Shown here: in pieces, positions 1 to 10,500 of the stretch
Layout: each line of letters opens with the position of its first letter
Position numbering within the stretch: the first letter of the stretch is position 1
Virus record (IMG/VR): IMGVR_UViG_3300025407_001324
Source of the DNA: an uncultured virus (IMG/VR IMGVR_UViG_3300025407_001324)
Lineage: Duplodnaviria > Heunggongvirae > Uroviricota > Caudoviricetes
Length of the DNA stretch: 20,000 bases
Direction: 5' to 3' (one strand)
Notes under the pieces: model-generated
Told to the model about the DNA's origin: nothing
Seen by the model: only the letters and a program-made list of their open reading frames with translations
Database searches by the model: none
Translations under genes and position numbers: made by a program

Positions 1-599
1 GGCCCTTGTACTCCGCTTGGTCCTTGTGGTCCTTGCACACCAATTATACCTTGTGGTCCTTGTGGCCCTTGTGCTCCTACATTTCCAGTAATACCTTGTG
101 GTCCCTGTGGTCCTTGAACACCATCTTTACCTGTTTGTCCCTGAGGTCCTTGTGGTCCGGTAGTTCCTTGTGGGCCAGTTGGTCCTACTGCGCCAGTAAT
201 ACCCTGTGGTCCTTGTGGTCCTTGTGGTCCTTGTACACCAGTTGGGCCTTGTGCTCCGGTATTACCAGTAATACCCTGTGGTCCTTGTGGTCCTTGTACA
301 CCAGTTGGGCCTTGTGCTCCGGTATTACCAGTAATACCCTGTGGTCCTTGTGGTCCTTGTGGTCCTTGTACACCAGTTGGGCCTTGTGCTCCGGTATTAC
401 CAGTAATACCTTGTGGTCCTTGTACACCAGTTGGGCCTTGTGCTCCGGTATTACCAGTAATACCTTGTGGCCCTTGCACGCCTTGCGGTCCTTGTGCTCC
501 GCTAGGACCTTGTGGGCCAGTTGGTCCTTGTACGCCTGTAGGCCCTTGTACACCAATCGGGCCTTGTGGACCTTGTGCACCCTGTGGTCCTTGAGGACC
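1..599 (-). repeat. Collagen-like G-X-Y block with nested tandem DNA repeats
   Basis: GPQ/GPT/GVQ triplets. The core ttgtacaccagttgggccttgtgctccggtattaccagtaatacc recurs at 231, 294, 366 and 420. Confidence 0.95.
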
Positions 600-3152
600 A
601 ACTGCTTGTAATCCATTAGAATAGAAAAACGCATTAGCAATAACATTTCCGTTTAGTACAACTACATTTGCTGCGCTGATATTTCCGCCTACACCTAAGG
701 TAGTCCCAATAGTAGCACTACTGTTAACTGTTAATCCGTTTATAGTAGAATTTCCACTACCAACAATACCGTTTAGATGTAAGGTATCTAATATTAAATT
801 TGCATTAGCTAAATCAACTAACCCACCACCAGGTTCAGTAGCATTGCTAAACAAATACCAACTATTGTCTACATAATTTCTAATTAAACCAGTATGCTGA
901 TATATATTTGCATTGGCATTGGCAGTTGTGCCTCCTACAAAATGACTATAAAAACCAACATCATAATTGTAAGGATATACATTACTTGATGTCAAATATA
1001 ATAACGGATCAGTAACTGATAATATAGTTTTGTTAACAGTAGTGAGTGTGTTGGCATAAATGGTACCGCCAACATATAAATCTTGCTGAACACTTGCACC
1101 ACCTAATGTGGTTATTGCACCAGTACCTAAACCAGTAGAATTAACTGTACTATTAGCACTTAATGTAGTTGCAATAACATTTCCGTAAAATGTTCCTCCC
1201 CAAAATGCGGAAGAAGATATAGAGCTAGCATTGGTAATACTATTAACACTAATAGTACTTGCGTTGACATTGACAAATGCCGTACCACCTACATATAAAT
1301 TGCCGCCAATGCCCGCGCCTCCAATTACCTGTAATGCCCCAGTAGTAGTATTAGTTGACGGAGTTGTGTTTGTTGTTATAATCTGTTGGGTAGTAGTTCC
1401 AGAAAATACACCAGTTGGGCCCGAAGGCCCTTGTGGTCCGTTTAATCCACTAGGTCCTTGTGGTCCTGTTGGACCTTGATTACCAGTCGGTCCTTGTGGT
1501 CCTTGTGTACCAGGTGTGCCATTACTTCCACTAGGTCCCTGTGGTCCTTGTGGTCCTTGTGTACCAGGTGTGCCATTACTTCCACTAGGTCCCTGTGGTC
1601 CTTGCGCTCCGCTAGGACCTTGTGGTCCTTGCGCACCAGTTGGTCCTTGTACTCCGCTAGGACCTTGTAGCCCTGTTGGCCCTTGTATGCCAGTTGGTCC
1701 TTGAACTCCACTAGGACCTTGTAGCCCTGTTGGACCTTGTAGTCCAGTTGGTCCTTGTATGCCTGTTGGCCCTTGTACTCCGCTCGGTCCTTGTACTCCA
1801 GTTGGTCCTTGTAGTCCAGTTGGTCCTTGTATGCCTGTTGGTCCTTGCACGCCTTGCGGTCCTTGTGCTCCGCTAGGACCTTGTAGTCCAGTTGGTCCTT
1901 GTATGCCTGTTGGTCCTTGCACACCTTGTGGTCCTTGTACTCCAGTTGGTCCTTGTACTCCAGTTGGTCCTTGTAGTCCAGTTGGTCCTTGTATGCCTGT
2001 TGGTCCTTGCACACCTTGTGGTCCTTGTACTCCAGTTGGTCCTTGTATGCCTGTTGGTCCTTGCGGGCCTTGTGGACCTTGTACTCCAGTTGGTCCTTGT
2101 ACTCCACTAGGACCTTGTGGACCACTGGGTCCTTGTAAACCTCGAGGGCCTTGAGTACCTTGGGGTCCTTGTACTCCACTAGGACCTTGGGGACCTTGAA
2201 GTCCTTGTGGACCACTTGCAATTATACTTGTGCCGTTGCTATAAAAATAGTTTGATGCAAAAATGGAATTTCCGCTAAAACTGTTAACTGCAATAACATT
2301 TCCAGCAGTAACATTGGCGTTTGTAGTGATATCGCCAGTTGCAGTAATAGTACTATTCGAAGTAATATTGCCGCTAATAATATTACCACTGTTAATAATA
2401 TTTTTGGTAGTAACATTGTTAGCAACTGTAATATTTCCAGTAGAAATATTGCTGTTAACTGTGATATTTCCCGCAATAATATTACTATTGGTATTGATAT
2501 TTTTAGTTGTGGAAATATTACCAGTAGTAGATATAATTACATTATTGTTACTGCTCAAGTATGCAGCAACATTTGAATTGGTATACGAAGAAGTAGAGCT
2601 ACCAGCATTTGCAATACCTACACCGCCTATATACTGATAACCGGTGATATATATAACATTGCTTGAATTTAATGCAGTCGGTATTGTTTGCCCAATAAAA
2701 TTTAATACTCCGCTGACTGTGTCAAAATACCATTCACCTGGGTTTGCTCCGCCTTCGCCTGCAGCGTATAATTGAGTTCCTGATGTAGTTGGGTTAGGAG
2801 TATTTGGTGGAGCTGCATATACTTGTACAAAATAAGAACTACCAAACTCTGGTGGGATCCAATTAGAGATTCCTGTTTTCCAAGTTGGATATACTCCGTT
2901 CACAGGAACTGTGGTAGTATCAGGTGTTGTTTGTACGGCATTGGTACCGGTATAAGATTGAACTATGCCTGCTACATCTGCAGCAGTAGCTGGTATTTGG
3001 TCACTGTTAACCCAAATTGTATCCCCACGCAAAAATGCTGGACTGGCAACACTTTCATTACTGGCTGCTTTATCAGATGCAGTATCGGTTTTGGTTACTC
3101 CAAATAATTTTTTATATAGTAAGTCAACCTTTTGTGAATCAGAAATTGCCAT
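1..3152 (-). CDS. Collagen-repeat tail fibre/virion structural protein, >1050 aa, 3' end beyond the window (absent from ORF track)
   Basis: ATG at 3152-3150 directly after the upstream TAA (TAA-TA-ATG). Manual translation: [23 protein letters not shown]...[15 protein letters not shown]...[14 protein letters not shown]..., an Asn/Ile/Thr-rich segment, about 89 G-X-Y triplets (2213-1410), a DPLLYL...EPGGGL module, then at least 66 more triplets (599-1). The frame stays open to the window edge. Confidence 0.9.
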   Translation of the reverse strand, partial: MAISDSQKVDLLYKKLFGVTKTDTASDKAASNESVASPAFLRGDTIWVNSDQIPATAADVAGIVQSYTGTNAVQTTPDTTTVPVNGVYPTWKTGISNWIPPEFGSSYFVQVYAAPPNTPNPTTSGTQLYAAGEGGANPGEWYFDTVSGVLNFIGQTIPTALNSSNVIYITGYQYIGGVGIANAGSSTSSYTNSNVAAYLSSNNNVIISTTGNISTTKNINTNSNIIAGNITVNSNISTGNITVANNVTTKNIINSGNIISGNITSNSTITATGDITTNANVTAGNVIAVNSFSGNSIFASNYFYSNGTSIIASGPQGLQGPQGPSGVQGPQGTQGPRGLQGPSGPQGPSGVQGPTGVQGPQGPQGPTGIQGPTGVQGPQGVQGPTGIQGPTGLQGPTGVQGPTGVQGPQGVQGPTGIQGPTGLQGPSGAQGPQGVQGPTGIQGPTGLQGPTGVQGPSGVQGPTGIQGPTGLQGPTGLQGPSGVQGPTGIQGPTGLQGPSGVQGPTGAQGPQGPSGAQGPQGPSGSNGTPGTQGPQGPQGPSGSNGTPGTQGPQGPTGNQGPTGPQGPSGLNGPQGPSGPTGVFSGTTTQQIITTNTTPSTNTTTGALQVIGGAGIGGNLYVGGTAFVNVNASTISVNSITNASSISSSAFWGGTFYGNVIATTLSANSTVNSTGLGTGAITTLGGASVQQDLYVGGTIYANTLTTVNKTILSVTDPLLYLTSSNVYPYNYDVGFYSHFVGGTTANANANIYQHTGLIRNYVDNSWYLFSNATEPGGGLVDLANANLILDTLHLNGIVGSGNSTINGLTVNSSATIGTTLGVGGNISAANVVVLNGNVIANAFFYSNGLQAVGPQGPQGAQGPQGPIGVQGPTGVQGPTGPQGPSGAQGPQGVQGPQGITGNTGAQGPTGVQGPQGITGNTGAQGPTGVQGPQGPQGPQGITGNTGAQGPTGVQGPQGPQGITGNTGAQGPTGVQGPQGPQGPQGITGAVGPTGPQGTTGPQGPQGQTGKDGVQGPQGPQGITGNVGAQGPQGPQGIIGVQGPQGPSGVQG
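1410..2213 (-). repeat. Collagen-like block of about 89 triplets
   Basis: [15 protein letters not shown] triplets. It includes an exact 54-bp duplication (gtaccaggtg... at 1507 and 1561). Confidence 0.95.
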
Positions 3153-3154
3153 TA

Positions 3155-6100
3155 TTAGTTACTCGCTGTCTGTAAAGAAAGGGCAGATACAGTTTGCCCT
3201 GCTGTAAGTTTAATTCTTACATATATTTCGTGTGATGAAGTCGTGCTAGAACTTGCAGTACCAAAAGTTGCAGTCACTGATGCGTTAACGCTGGTATTCA
3301 AAGGAGCATTTCCTCCCAAAGAAGCACCGTTACTACCGTTGCCGCCTGATCCAGCACCTGGCTGACCTGATCCAGCATAGGGAATACTTAAATCTAACCA
3401 ACCGTTTAGTGTACTACTTGTATCTATTCCGCTTCCAGGTAATGCTACCCATAAACCAGCAATTGTGCCGGTCCAGGCAATATTAAATTTACTAACTGAC
3501 GAACGAGAAAACTTAAAAGTAAAATACTGGTTGTTGTTTCTTCCGCTACTAAAATCTGGTCCTACTGGCAAATACCCTGTACTGTAATTTGTTTGATCGT
3601 TTTTCAATACTCCAGCAACTATGGTAGCATCGTAAGGATATAATGGACCAGTTTGACTATTAAATGCTGATTCAGTTCCAGTATATGCAGGTGTATCTGT
3701 ACTGCCAGGATTTACAATTCTAACAGCTGCTCCTGAACCTGTACCAATTGTACTACCAATAGTAACGCTGGTTTCTTCCATATTGCTTGATGTACCTGTT
3801 TTGTATAAAATAGTAACATTGGGATTGAATCCAGCACTGGTTGTTGCATAACTATTATCTGCAACTAAACTAGGATAACTAGTAGTCGAGCTAAATCCTG
3901 TACTGATATTTACAGTAGTACTAAAATGAGCACTACCCGAACTTACATATAAATTGCGGGCTAGAGGATAAGTTATACCAGTCGCTGAACTGTAAGTAAC
4001 ACTTGACGGAGTTTGCCAACCAGTTGCACTAGTGCCTGTGATAAATGTATTACTCGACGGGAACGTATCTCCACTGAGTTTTGCTACATTACCAGTTAAT
4101 GTAAATTGTGCTGCATTGGTAAAGTGAGGAATAGTACTTGAATAAATTACTGTGTTTGTTGTTAAACTTATTGCAGTATTGCTAAACACTGGCCCAGTTA
4201 CTGTATTATTATCATAATACCAATAAGGAACGGAAGTATTTGCAGATACTGCAGAGTCTCTAATATTAACTTCATTCCAGCCTGGATGAACTGTGCCTGT
4301 CATATATGTACTGAATGATGACCAGAATCCAGCAGTAACTGTGCTGACAACATTATGATAATCCTGATTATTAAAAATTACCAAATTACTATATGTTCCG
4401 TTGCTACTACCAGTCAATGCCACTGATCCTGCCGGAGCACCATTAATATAAGCAATAACATTACCGCTATTGCCAGGTCCAACATTTGTTATAGACCCAG
4501 TAGTATAAGATGCAGTTCGGGCAACACTAACTGTAGTGCCGGCTGCTACACTCTTGTTACCAGAATTTGTGTTATCAGTTTGTGTGAAATTGGCCATTCT
4601 AAATGGACCAACTAAACCAGATGGTGTAGATAAAGTTTGGCCGCCAGGGAATGTTGGTGGGCTGGCCGGTACTAATTTTCCTAATATATAATTCAGTTCA
4701 GCAATACTATTGGTTATACTGGTATTTGCAGTCAATGTTAGTGCATTGCTAACCAAATTTCCTAATGTAGGTGTTCCTAATAATAGATCTGTTGCAAGTC
4801 CGCCGGACCCAAAAGATAACGGAGCACCATTGGCATAATAATAGTTGTCAGTTACAATACCAGCAGAAATAATATTGCCAGAAACACCTAGTGTATTGCC
4901 TACTGTTGCCGAAGTGTTGACAGTTAAACCATTAATGGTAGAATTACCACTGGTGTTAATTTCTCCAAGATACAAATTATCTAATGCTATATTAGTATCA
5001 GTTAAATTAAATAATCCGCCGCCTGGTTCAGCTGCATTACTAAACAAATACCAATTGTTATCTGCATAGTTTCTAACTAATCCAGTGTATTGGTAGATAT
5101 TACCAGTACCACCGGTAAAGTGACTGTAGAATCCAATGTCGTAATTATAAGGATACGTTACATTACCGTTCAAGTATAGCAACGGATCTTGTACACTTAA
5201 TACTGTTGTACTAATAGTACTTAAACTATTAACAAATAAGTTTCCGCCAACATACAAATCTCCTGAAATTCCTGCTCCGCCGCTTACTTGCAATGCACCA
5301 GTTCCGGCGCTAATTGCTGGAGAAGTATTAGTAGTTACAATTCTTTCTGTTGTATTACCAGAAAATATACCTGTCGGTCCTTGTGGTCCTTGTGCTCCGC
5401 TTGGTCCTTGTGGTCCTTGCGATCCAGATGGTCCTTGTGGCCCTTGAACACCATCTGCACCTGTTTGTCCCTGAGGGCCTTGTGGTCCTTGTGCTCCGGT
5501 GGCTCCATCATTTCCTTGAACACCTTGTGGTCCTTGTGGTCCAGGTAGTCCTAAACTTCCCTGTGGTCCTTGTGGTCCCTGTACGCCAGTGAGTCCTTGC
5601 GGTCCTTGTGCCCCAGATGGTCCTTGTGGTCCAGTATCGCCTTGTGGTCCTTGCGGTCCTTGTGCTCCAGTGGGTCCTTGTACACCAATATCACCAATTG
5701 GCCCTTGTGGTCCTTGTGGACCTGGCACATTACTAACTCCGCTAGGTCCTTGTGGCCCTTGTACGCCTTGCGGTCCTTGAGCACCAGTGTGTCCTGTTGG
5801 TCCTTGTGGACCTTGTACACCAATCGGGCCTTGCGGGCCCTGTACTCCAGTTGGACCTTGCGGTCCTTGTACCCCTGTTGGTCCTTGTACACCCTGTACT
5901 CCAGTAGGACCTTGTAAACCAGTTGGTCCTTGTACTCCGGTTGGGCCTTGCGGTCCTTGTACTCCAGTATTGCCCTGTTGTCCTTGTGGTCCTTGTGCGC
6001 CTGTTGGGCCAGTCGGTCCTTGCACTCCTTGCGGTCCAGTTGGACCTACTATTTTTCCGGCATCGTGCCATGTGTTATCTGCACCCCAGAACCAAACATT

Positions 6101-6922
6101 ACCTGTATTTGCAGTAATGTATCCATTATCTAATGTATTTCCAGTATTTGGAAGAAATGTATAATCTGTTACAGTACCTAAGAGTGTTACACTAACTCCG
6201 GTTTGTCCTTGCGGTCCTTGCGGACCTTGTGAACCAGTTTGTCCTTGCGGTCCTTGCGGTCCTTGTTGGGAAACACTTATACCATTACTATAAAAAAATC
6301 CGTTAGCAGTAATATTGCTGGATACAACAACATCGCCATATCTTTTTGGTGTAATATATATGCTGATATCAGCATCGACACCGTCAGCACTTATAATCGG
6401 ATTGCTACCTGGGGTTGCACCTGCAACTGTTATGTAATTCGAATATCCTGAATCAACAGGCATTAAAATTTTGAAGTTGGTTGCAATTCCAGGTGTTGTA
6501 CTGGTTAGTCCGTTAAACAGAATATTTCCTGTTCCGCCTGCACCAATAATTAATCCTACATTGCTATCTATACCGCCTGCTAAAAGTGCAGGATACGATC
6601 CACTAGAAGCACCTAAAACTTTGATATAATTGTCAGAAACAACGCCAAATACAGAAGTGCCACCGACATACAAGTCTTTGTTAATACTTGCGCCACCAAG
6701 AGATCGAAATGCTCCAGAGTCCAATGAAGTTGCATTTACTGTGCTATTGGCAAGTAATGCAGTTGCATTGACGTTTCCGTAAAAAGTATCTCCCCGAAAC
6801 TCATTACCATTAAAAGATAATGAACTTATTAAACTGGCTCCAGTTAGCGAACTCGCATTGGAGTTAATGGATATGTTGCCAGCATCAAAGCCAGTCTGTG
6901 CAAAAAGATACGAATTAGCCAT
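3155..6922 (-). CDS. Collagen-repeat tail fibre/virion structural protein, 1255 aa, with a large S/T/G-rich C-terminal beta domain
   Basis: Long ORF. Collagen at about 6265-6200 and 6046-5369 is split by a Trp-containing insert. Also has GGAxIxxDLYVGG motifs, a DPLLYL module and a ~550-aa C-terminal region. A TAAATA motif lies upstream. Confidence 0.9.
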   Translation of the reverse strand: MANSYLFAQTGFDAGNISINSNASSLTGASLISSLSFNGNEFRGDTFYGNVNATALLANSTVNATSLDSGAFRSLGGASINKDLYVGGTSVFGVVSDNYIKVLGASSGSYPALLAGGIDSNVGLIIGAGGTGNILFNGLTSTTPGIATNFKILMPVDSGYSNYITVAGATPGSNPIISADGVDADISIYITPKRYGDVVVSSNITANGFFYSNGISVSQQGPQGPQGQTGSQGPQGPQGQTGVSVTLLGTVTDYTFLPNTGNTLDNGYITANTGNVWFWGADNTWHDAGKIVGPTGPQGVQGPTGPTGAQGPQGQQGNTGVQGPQGPTGVQGPTGLQGPTGVQGVQGPTGVQGPQGPTGVQGPQGPIGVQGPQGPTGHTGAQGPQGVQGPQGPSGVSNVPGPQGPQGPIGDIGVQGPTGAQGPQGPQGDTGPQGPSGAQGPQGLTGVQGPQGPQGSLGLPGPQGPQGVQGNDGATGAQGPQGPQGQTGADGVQGPQGPSGSQGPQGPSGAQGPQGPTGIFSGNTTERIVTTNTSPAISAGTGALQVSGGAGISGDLYVGGNLFVNSLSTISTTVLSVQDPLLYLNGNVTYPYNYDIGFYSHFTGGTGNIYQYTGLVRNYADNNWYLFSNAAEPGGGLFNLTDTNIALDNLYLGEINTSGNSTINGLTVNTSATVGNTLGVSGNIISAGIVTDNYYYANGAPLSFGSGGLATDLLLGTPTLGNLVSNALTLTANTSITNSIAELNYILGKLVPASPPTFPGGQTLSTPSGLVGPFRMANFTQTDNTNSGNKSVAAGTTVSVARTASYTTGSITNVGPGNSGNVIAYINGAPAGSVALTGSSNGTYSNLVIFNNQDYHNVVSTVTAGFWSSFSTYMTGTVHPGWNEVNIRDSAVSANTSVPYWYYDNNTVTGPVFSNTAISLTTNTVIYSSTIPHFTNAAQFTLTGNVAKLSGDTFPSSNTFITGTSATGWQTPSSVTYSSATGITYPLARNLYVSSGSAHFSTTVNISTGFSSTTSYPSLVADNSYATTSAGFNPNVTILYKTGTSSNMEETSVTIGSTIGTGSGAAVRIVNPGSTDTPAYTGTESAFNSQTGPLYPYDATIVAGVLKNDQTNYSTGYLPVGPDFSSGRNNNQYFTFKFSRSSVSKFNIAWTGTIAGLWVALPGSGIDTSSTLNGWLDLSIPYAGSGQPGAGSGGNGSNGASLGGNAPLNTSVNASVTATFGTASSSTTSSHEIYVRIKLTAGQTVSALSLQTASN
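5369..6046 (-). repeat. Collagen-like block of about 75 triplets
   Basis: GPQ-dominated triplets with one imperfection (GVSNVPG). Confidence 0.95.
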
Positions 6923-6929
6923 AGTTTAG

Positions 6930-6937
6930 TATTTATC
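6930..6937 (-). promoter_or_regulatory. Putative phage late promoter GATAAATA
   Basis: Minus strand reads GATAAATA-CTAAACT-ATG. It resembles the T4 gp55 consensus TATAAATA and lies in an intergenic gap. Confidence 0.6.
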
Positions 6938-6966
6938 GATATAGGAAAAACTAATCGAATGGTTAA

Positions 6967-7461
6967 TTATTCTTTAGGATCAGGCTCGGGAAAAATTTCT
7001 GGAGGTATAGGAGGTATCTGTGTTACCCTAGGGTCTGGATCAGTAAATGTAAAATTTGCCAATTGAACTAGATAATTTTGGCAAATAGTTTTTACTTCCG
7101 GTGTAGTAGCATCGTCTGATGCAACTGAAGTAACGGCCGCAGTTAATTGCTCGACATAATCCAACAATTCCCTTGTTCCTTCGGCAACTTTTTCTGCTTT
7201 TTCTTCTTGCGTCATTGGACGTATAGACCAAACGTCAGTATACGCATTACCGTTCCACGCATATATCCCGTCGACTACTTCGTAAAATCCCGGAGTCAGA
7301 TTTGCTTCAGCTTGAGTAATTCTAACAAATCGAGCATATTGAGGAGGCAAGTTATTAACATCAATGTCTGGGAAGCATTCTCGAAAATTGCTACCTAACA
7401 TTGGATGATTAAAAGGCTTACCGTCCCGCACTTCGATGTACAGTTCTAAATTTTCTGGCAT
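6967..7461 (-). CDS. Small acidic protein, putative tail-fibre assembly chaperone (164 aa)
   Basis: AAGGA RBS upstream. It is the only charged, globular-looking protein in the cluster and lies directly after the giant fibre gene. Motifs LYIEVRDGKPFNHP...FPDIDVNNLPPQYARFVR...DVWSIRPMTQEEK, then a helical segment and a Pro-rich tail (YLVQLANF...IPPIPP) reminiscent of phage tail assembly chaperones. The function is inferred. Confidence 0.7.
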   Translation of the reverse strand: MPENLELYIEVRDGKPFNHPMLGSNFRECFPDIDVNNLPPQYARFVRITQAEANLTPGFYEVVDGIYAWNGNAYTDVWSIRPMTQEEKAEKVAEGTRELLDYVEQLTAAVTSVASDDATTPEVKTICQNYLVQLANFTFTDPDPRVTQIPPIPPEIFPEPDPKE

Positions 7462-7475
7462 AGTTAAATCCTTGT

Positions 7476-7511
7476 AAAAACAAAATAAGTTAGCTCTTTC
7501 GAGCTAACTTA
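7476..7511 (-). terminator. Rho-independent terminator after the giant fibre gene
   Basis: Minus strand TAAGTTAGCTC-GAAA-GAGCTAACTTA (perfect 11-bp stem, GNRA loop) followed by TTTTGTTTTT, 4 nt after the stop codon. Confidence 0.85.
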
Positions 7512-7512
7512 C

Positions 7513-7520
7513 TATTTAAC
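7513..7520 (-). promoter_or_regulatory. Possible late promoter GTTAAATA overlapping the stop codon of the giant gene
   Basis: TAAATA core built from the TAA stop plus ATA. It could be chance. Confidence 0.3.
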
Positions 7521-10500
7521 TACCAACGATATAAGTCTTGCTAAAGTTGACTACAGTACCGCTTGTTGCACCAGTTGCTGTTACACTTACGTTGCCTCCG
7601 CTAATTGAGACACTCATTGTAATTTGCGGTGTGTTGCTACCAGCGTTAACAATACCATAAGTTGTTATGGTTGCGTTGCTACTTCCATCTGTTACAACTA
7701 AAGATTCTGCAGCTGTCCAAACAGTACTACCACTATTTCTAGCTGTAATAATGTATTTTGCTGCTTTGTAAGTTGTACCGCTCCAAGTATCAATTGTAGT
7801 ACCAGTATTGCTTACTGTAACGCTAGCAGTACTGCTGATAATACCATTGGCTTTCAGATCCAAGTAACCATTAGGATCAATAGTAACAGTAGTTGTACCA
7901 TTATTCTTAAATGTTACTGTTTGGTCGCCTGTTGTTACATCAGTAAATACACCAGTTGTACCAGCTACATCTGTTGTTGCCCCGTTTGTAGCAACAACTG
8001 TTTGTGTAGTTGTTACAATACGGAAGTCAATCACGTCTGTTGACTGTGGTGCTTCAGTAAATGTTAACTGGTTACCAGACACAGAGTATGCATTATTTGG
8101 TTCTTGTAACACACCGTTAATACTTACCATTGTGCCAGATGTTGTTGCATTAGCAGGCAATGTAAATACCGTTGTTGTTCCGTCACCAGTTTGTAAGTTA
8201 GCAACAACTGGAGTAAATTGTGAACCAGCTGACTGCCAACCGCCATCTGCGTAGAACTCCAAAGAAGCCGTTGTAGTATTAAAACGGATCATACCGTTAG
8301 CACCAATACTTGGACGTTGTGCAGTTGTACCAGTTGGAACTAAAATACTGTTAGTTGAGTTGAAACTTACTAACGCATTTGCAGTTTGTGTGCTTGTACC
8401 AAAACTTGCAGTTCCTACATTAGCATTTACATAGAAAATGTTTGCCTTAGCATTACCGTTAACTATAAAATCGTTGCCTAACTGACTTGGGTTTACAACT
8501 AATTGTAATCCATCTGCAGATGCACTGATTCCATATGTATAAACATTTTCCCAAGCCTGATTAGTTGTACCTAATGTATAAGTATCATCTATATCTGGTA
8601 AACTATTGTATGTTGTCAATGTTCCAGTAATTGATGAAGCAGTGCAAGCACTAAAGCCGCCAGTTAAGTTCAATGATGGAGCATACAATGTGCTGCTTTG
8701 ATAGTAGAAGTTACCAGTATCTGCTGCTAAAGCACCACCGTTATTGTACTGAACATCATAAGTTGATCCAGCTGCACTAAAGTTCAATGGAGTACCGTTA
8801 GCGTAGAAGTAACCATTTGTATACAATCCAGTGCTAGCATTGATTATGCTAGCTTGCAAATTGCCTGTTACACCTAATGTTCCACCAACTGTTGCATTAA
8901 CATTAACTGTTAATCCGTTAGTAGTGATATTGCCGTTAGAAACAACATTACCATTTGTAGTGAACGAGTAAGATGTCAAATTAGTAAATGCACCAGTACT
9001 TGGTGTAGCATTACCAACAGGGGTATTTTGCAATCCAGCTGCCAAGTTAATACTTGGTGCTTGGAATGTACCAAGTACACTCAAGTTAGCAAGAGATACA
9101 TTGCCTGTTACGCCCAATGTACCAGTAATTGTAGCACTAGTGTTAACTGTTAGGCCATTTACTGTTGCGTTACCGCTGTCAGTGAAGCTTGTACTGTACA
9201 AGTTATTGAAATAACCATCAGCTGCAGTTACGTTACCAATTACTGTATTTTGGATACCAGCAACTGCTCGTAGTGTTGTACCAACAACTGCACTAGTGTT
9301 AACTGTTAATCCGTTAACAGTTGCGTTACCACTTACGCTTTCGCTAGTAAATGTTGCACCTGTTCCAGTTACTGCACCATTACTGAACAATGCGTTAACA
9401 GTAGCATTACCGCTAGTATTAAAACTTGTGCCAGTTAAGGTTGTAAATGTACCAGTACTTGCAGTTCCATTACCAATTGGGGTGTTTTGTACACCACCAG
9501 CTGCATTAAATGTACCGCCTGTAGTAGCACTTGTATTAACTGTTAAGCCATTAACTGTTGCATTACCACTGATACTTTCTGTTGTACCAATCAATGTTGT
9601 GAATGTACCTGTTGCAGGAGTAATTGTACCAATTGGTGTATTTTCCAAGCTGCTTGCACTTAATGTACTACCAATTGTAGCAGTATTATTAACACTCAAT
9701 GCGTTGATTGTTGCATTACCGCTAGTATTGAAACTTGTACCTGTTAATGTTGTAAATGTACCAGTACTTGCAGTAGCATTGCCTACTGGAGTATTTTGTA
9801 ATCCACCAGTAATTGTAATACCATTTGTAGTTAATGTACCTGTTACATTTGCATTTTGTACATTTGCATTAGCTAATGTAGTAAATCCAGTTACAGTTAA
9901 TGTGTTAGCAGTTATTACATTTGCTGTTTCAGTTCCTGTAATTTGTGTATTAATTGTAAACAGTGTGTTAACACCAGTAATATTTCCAGTACCAGCAGTA
10001 CCAGCAGTACTGATATTACCAGCAATCAAATTACCAGTTACACCTAATGTAGTACCAACTGTGGCGCTAGCATTAACTGTTAAACCGTTTACAGTAGAAT
10101 TGCCACTTACACTTTCTGTAGTTGCAATCAATGTTGTTACAGTAGCTGCTGCCGCAGTTCCATTACCAATAATAGTATTTTGCAATCCGCCTGCAGCACT
10201 TAATGTACCGCCAGTTGTTGCGCTAGCATTAACTGTTAGTGCATTTACTGTTGTATTGCCTGTTGATGTCAATGTTGTAAACAAACCAGTGTTTGGTGTT
10301 GCATTACCAATTGGGGTATTTTGTACACCACCGGCTGCATTGAATGTGCCACCAGTTGTTGCACTAGTATTAACAGTCAACCCGTTTACAGTAGAATTGC
10401 CGCTTACGCTTTCTGTAGTTGCAATCAATGTTGTTACAGTAGCTGCCGCTGCAGTTCCATTACCAATAATTGTATTTTGCAATCCGCCTGCAGCACTTAA

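Noticed and set aside
193..470. CRISPR-like repeat-spacer appearance
   Set aside because: The 'spacers' are only 9-bp GPQ units, the whole tract is in-frame coding, and there are no cas genes.
6..2221. Alternative-frame and antisense ORFs over collagen tracts (SLWSLW, GPCGPC, DHKDHK patterns; also 5288-6451 and 17538-18025)
   Set aside because: These are shadows of 9-bp GGACCACAA repeats, which lack stops in other frames. I saw no RBS or slippery site to support expression.
3021..6796. RGD tripeptides near the N-termini of two fibres
   Set aside because: Not conserved in the homologous segment (FWGGTF versus FRGDTF) and expected by chance.
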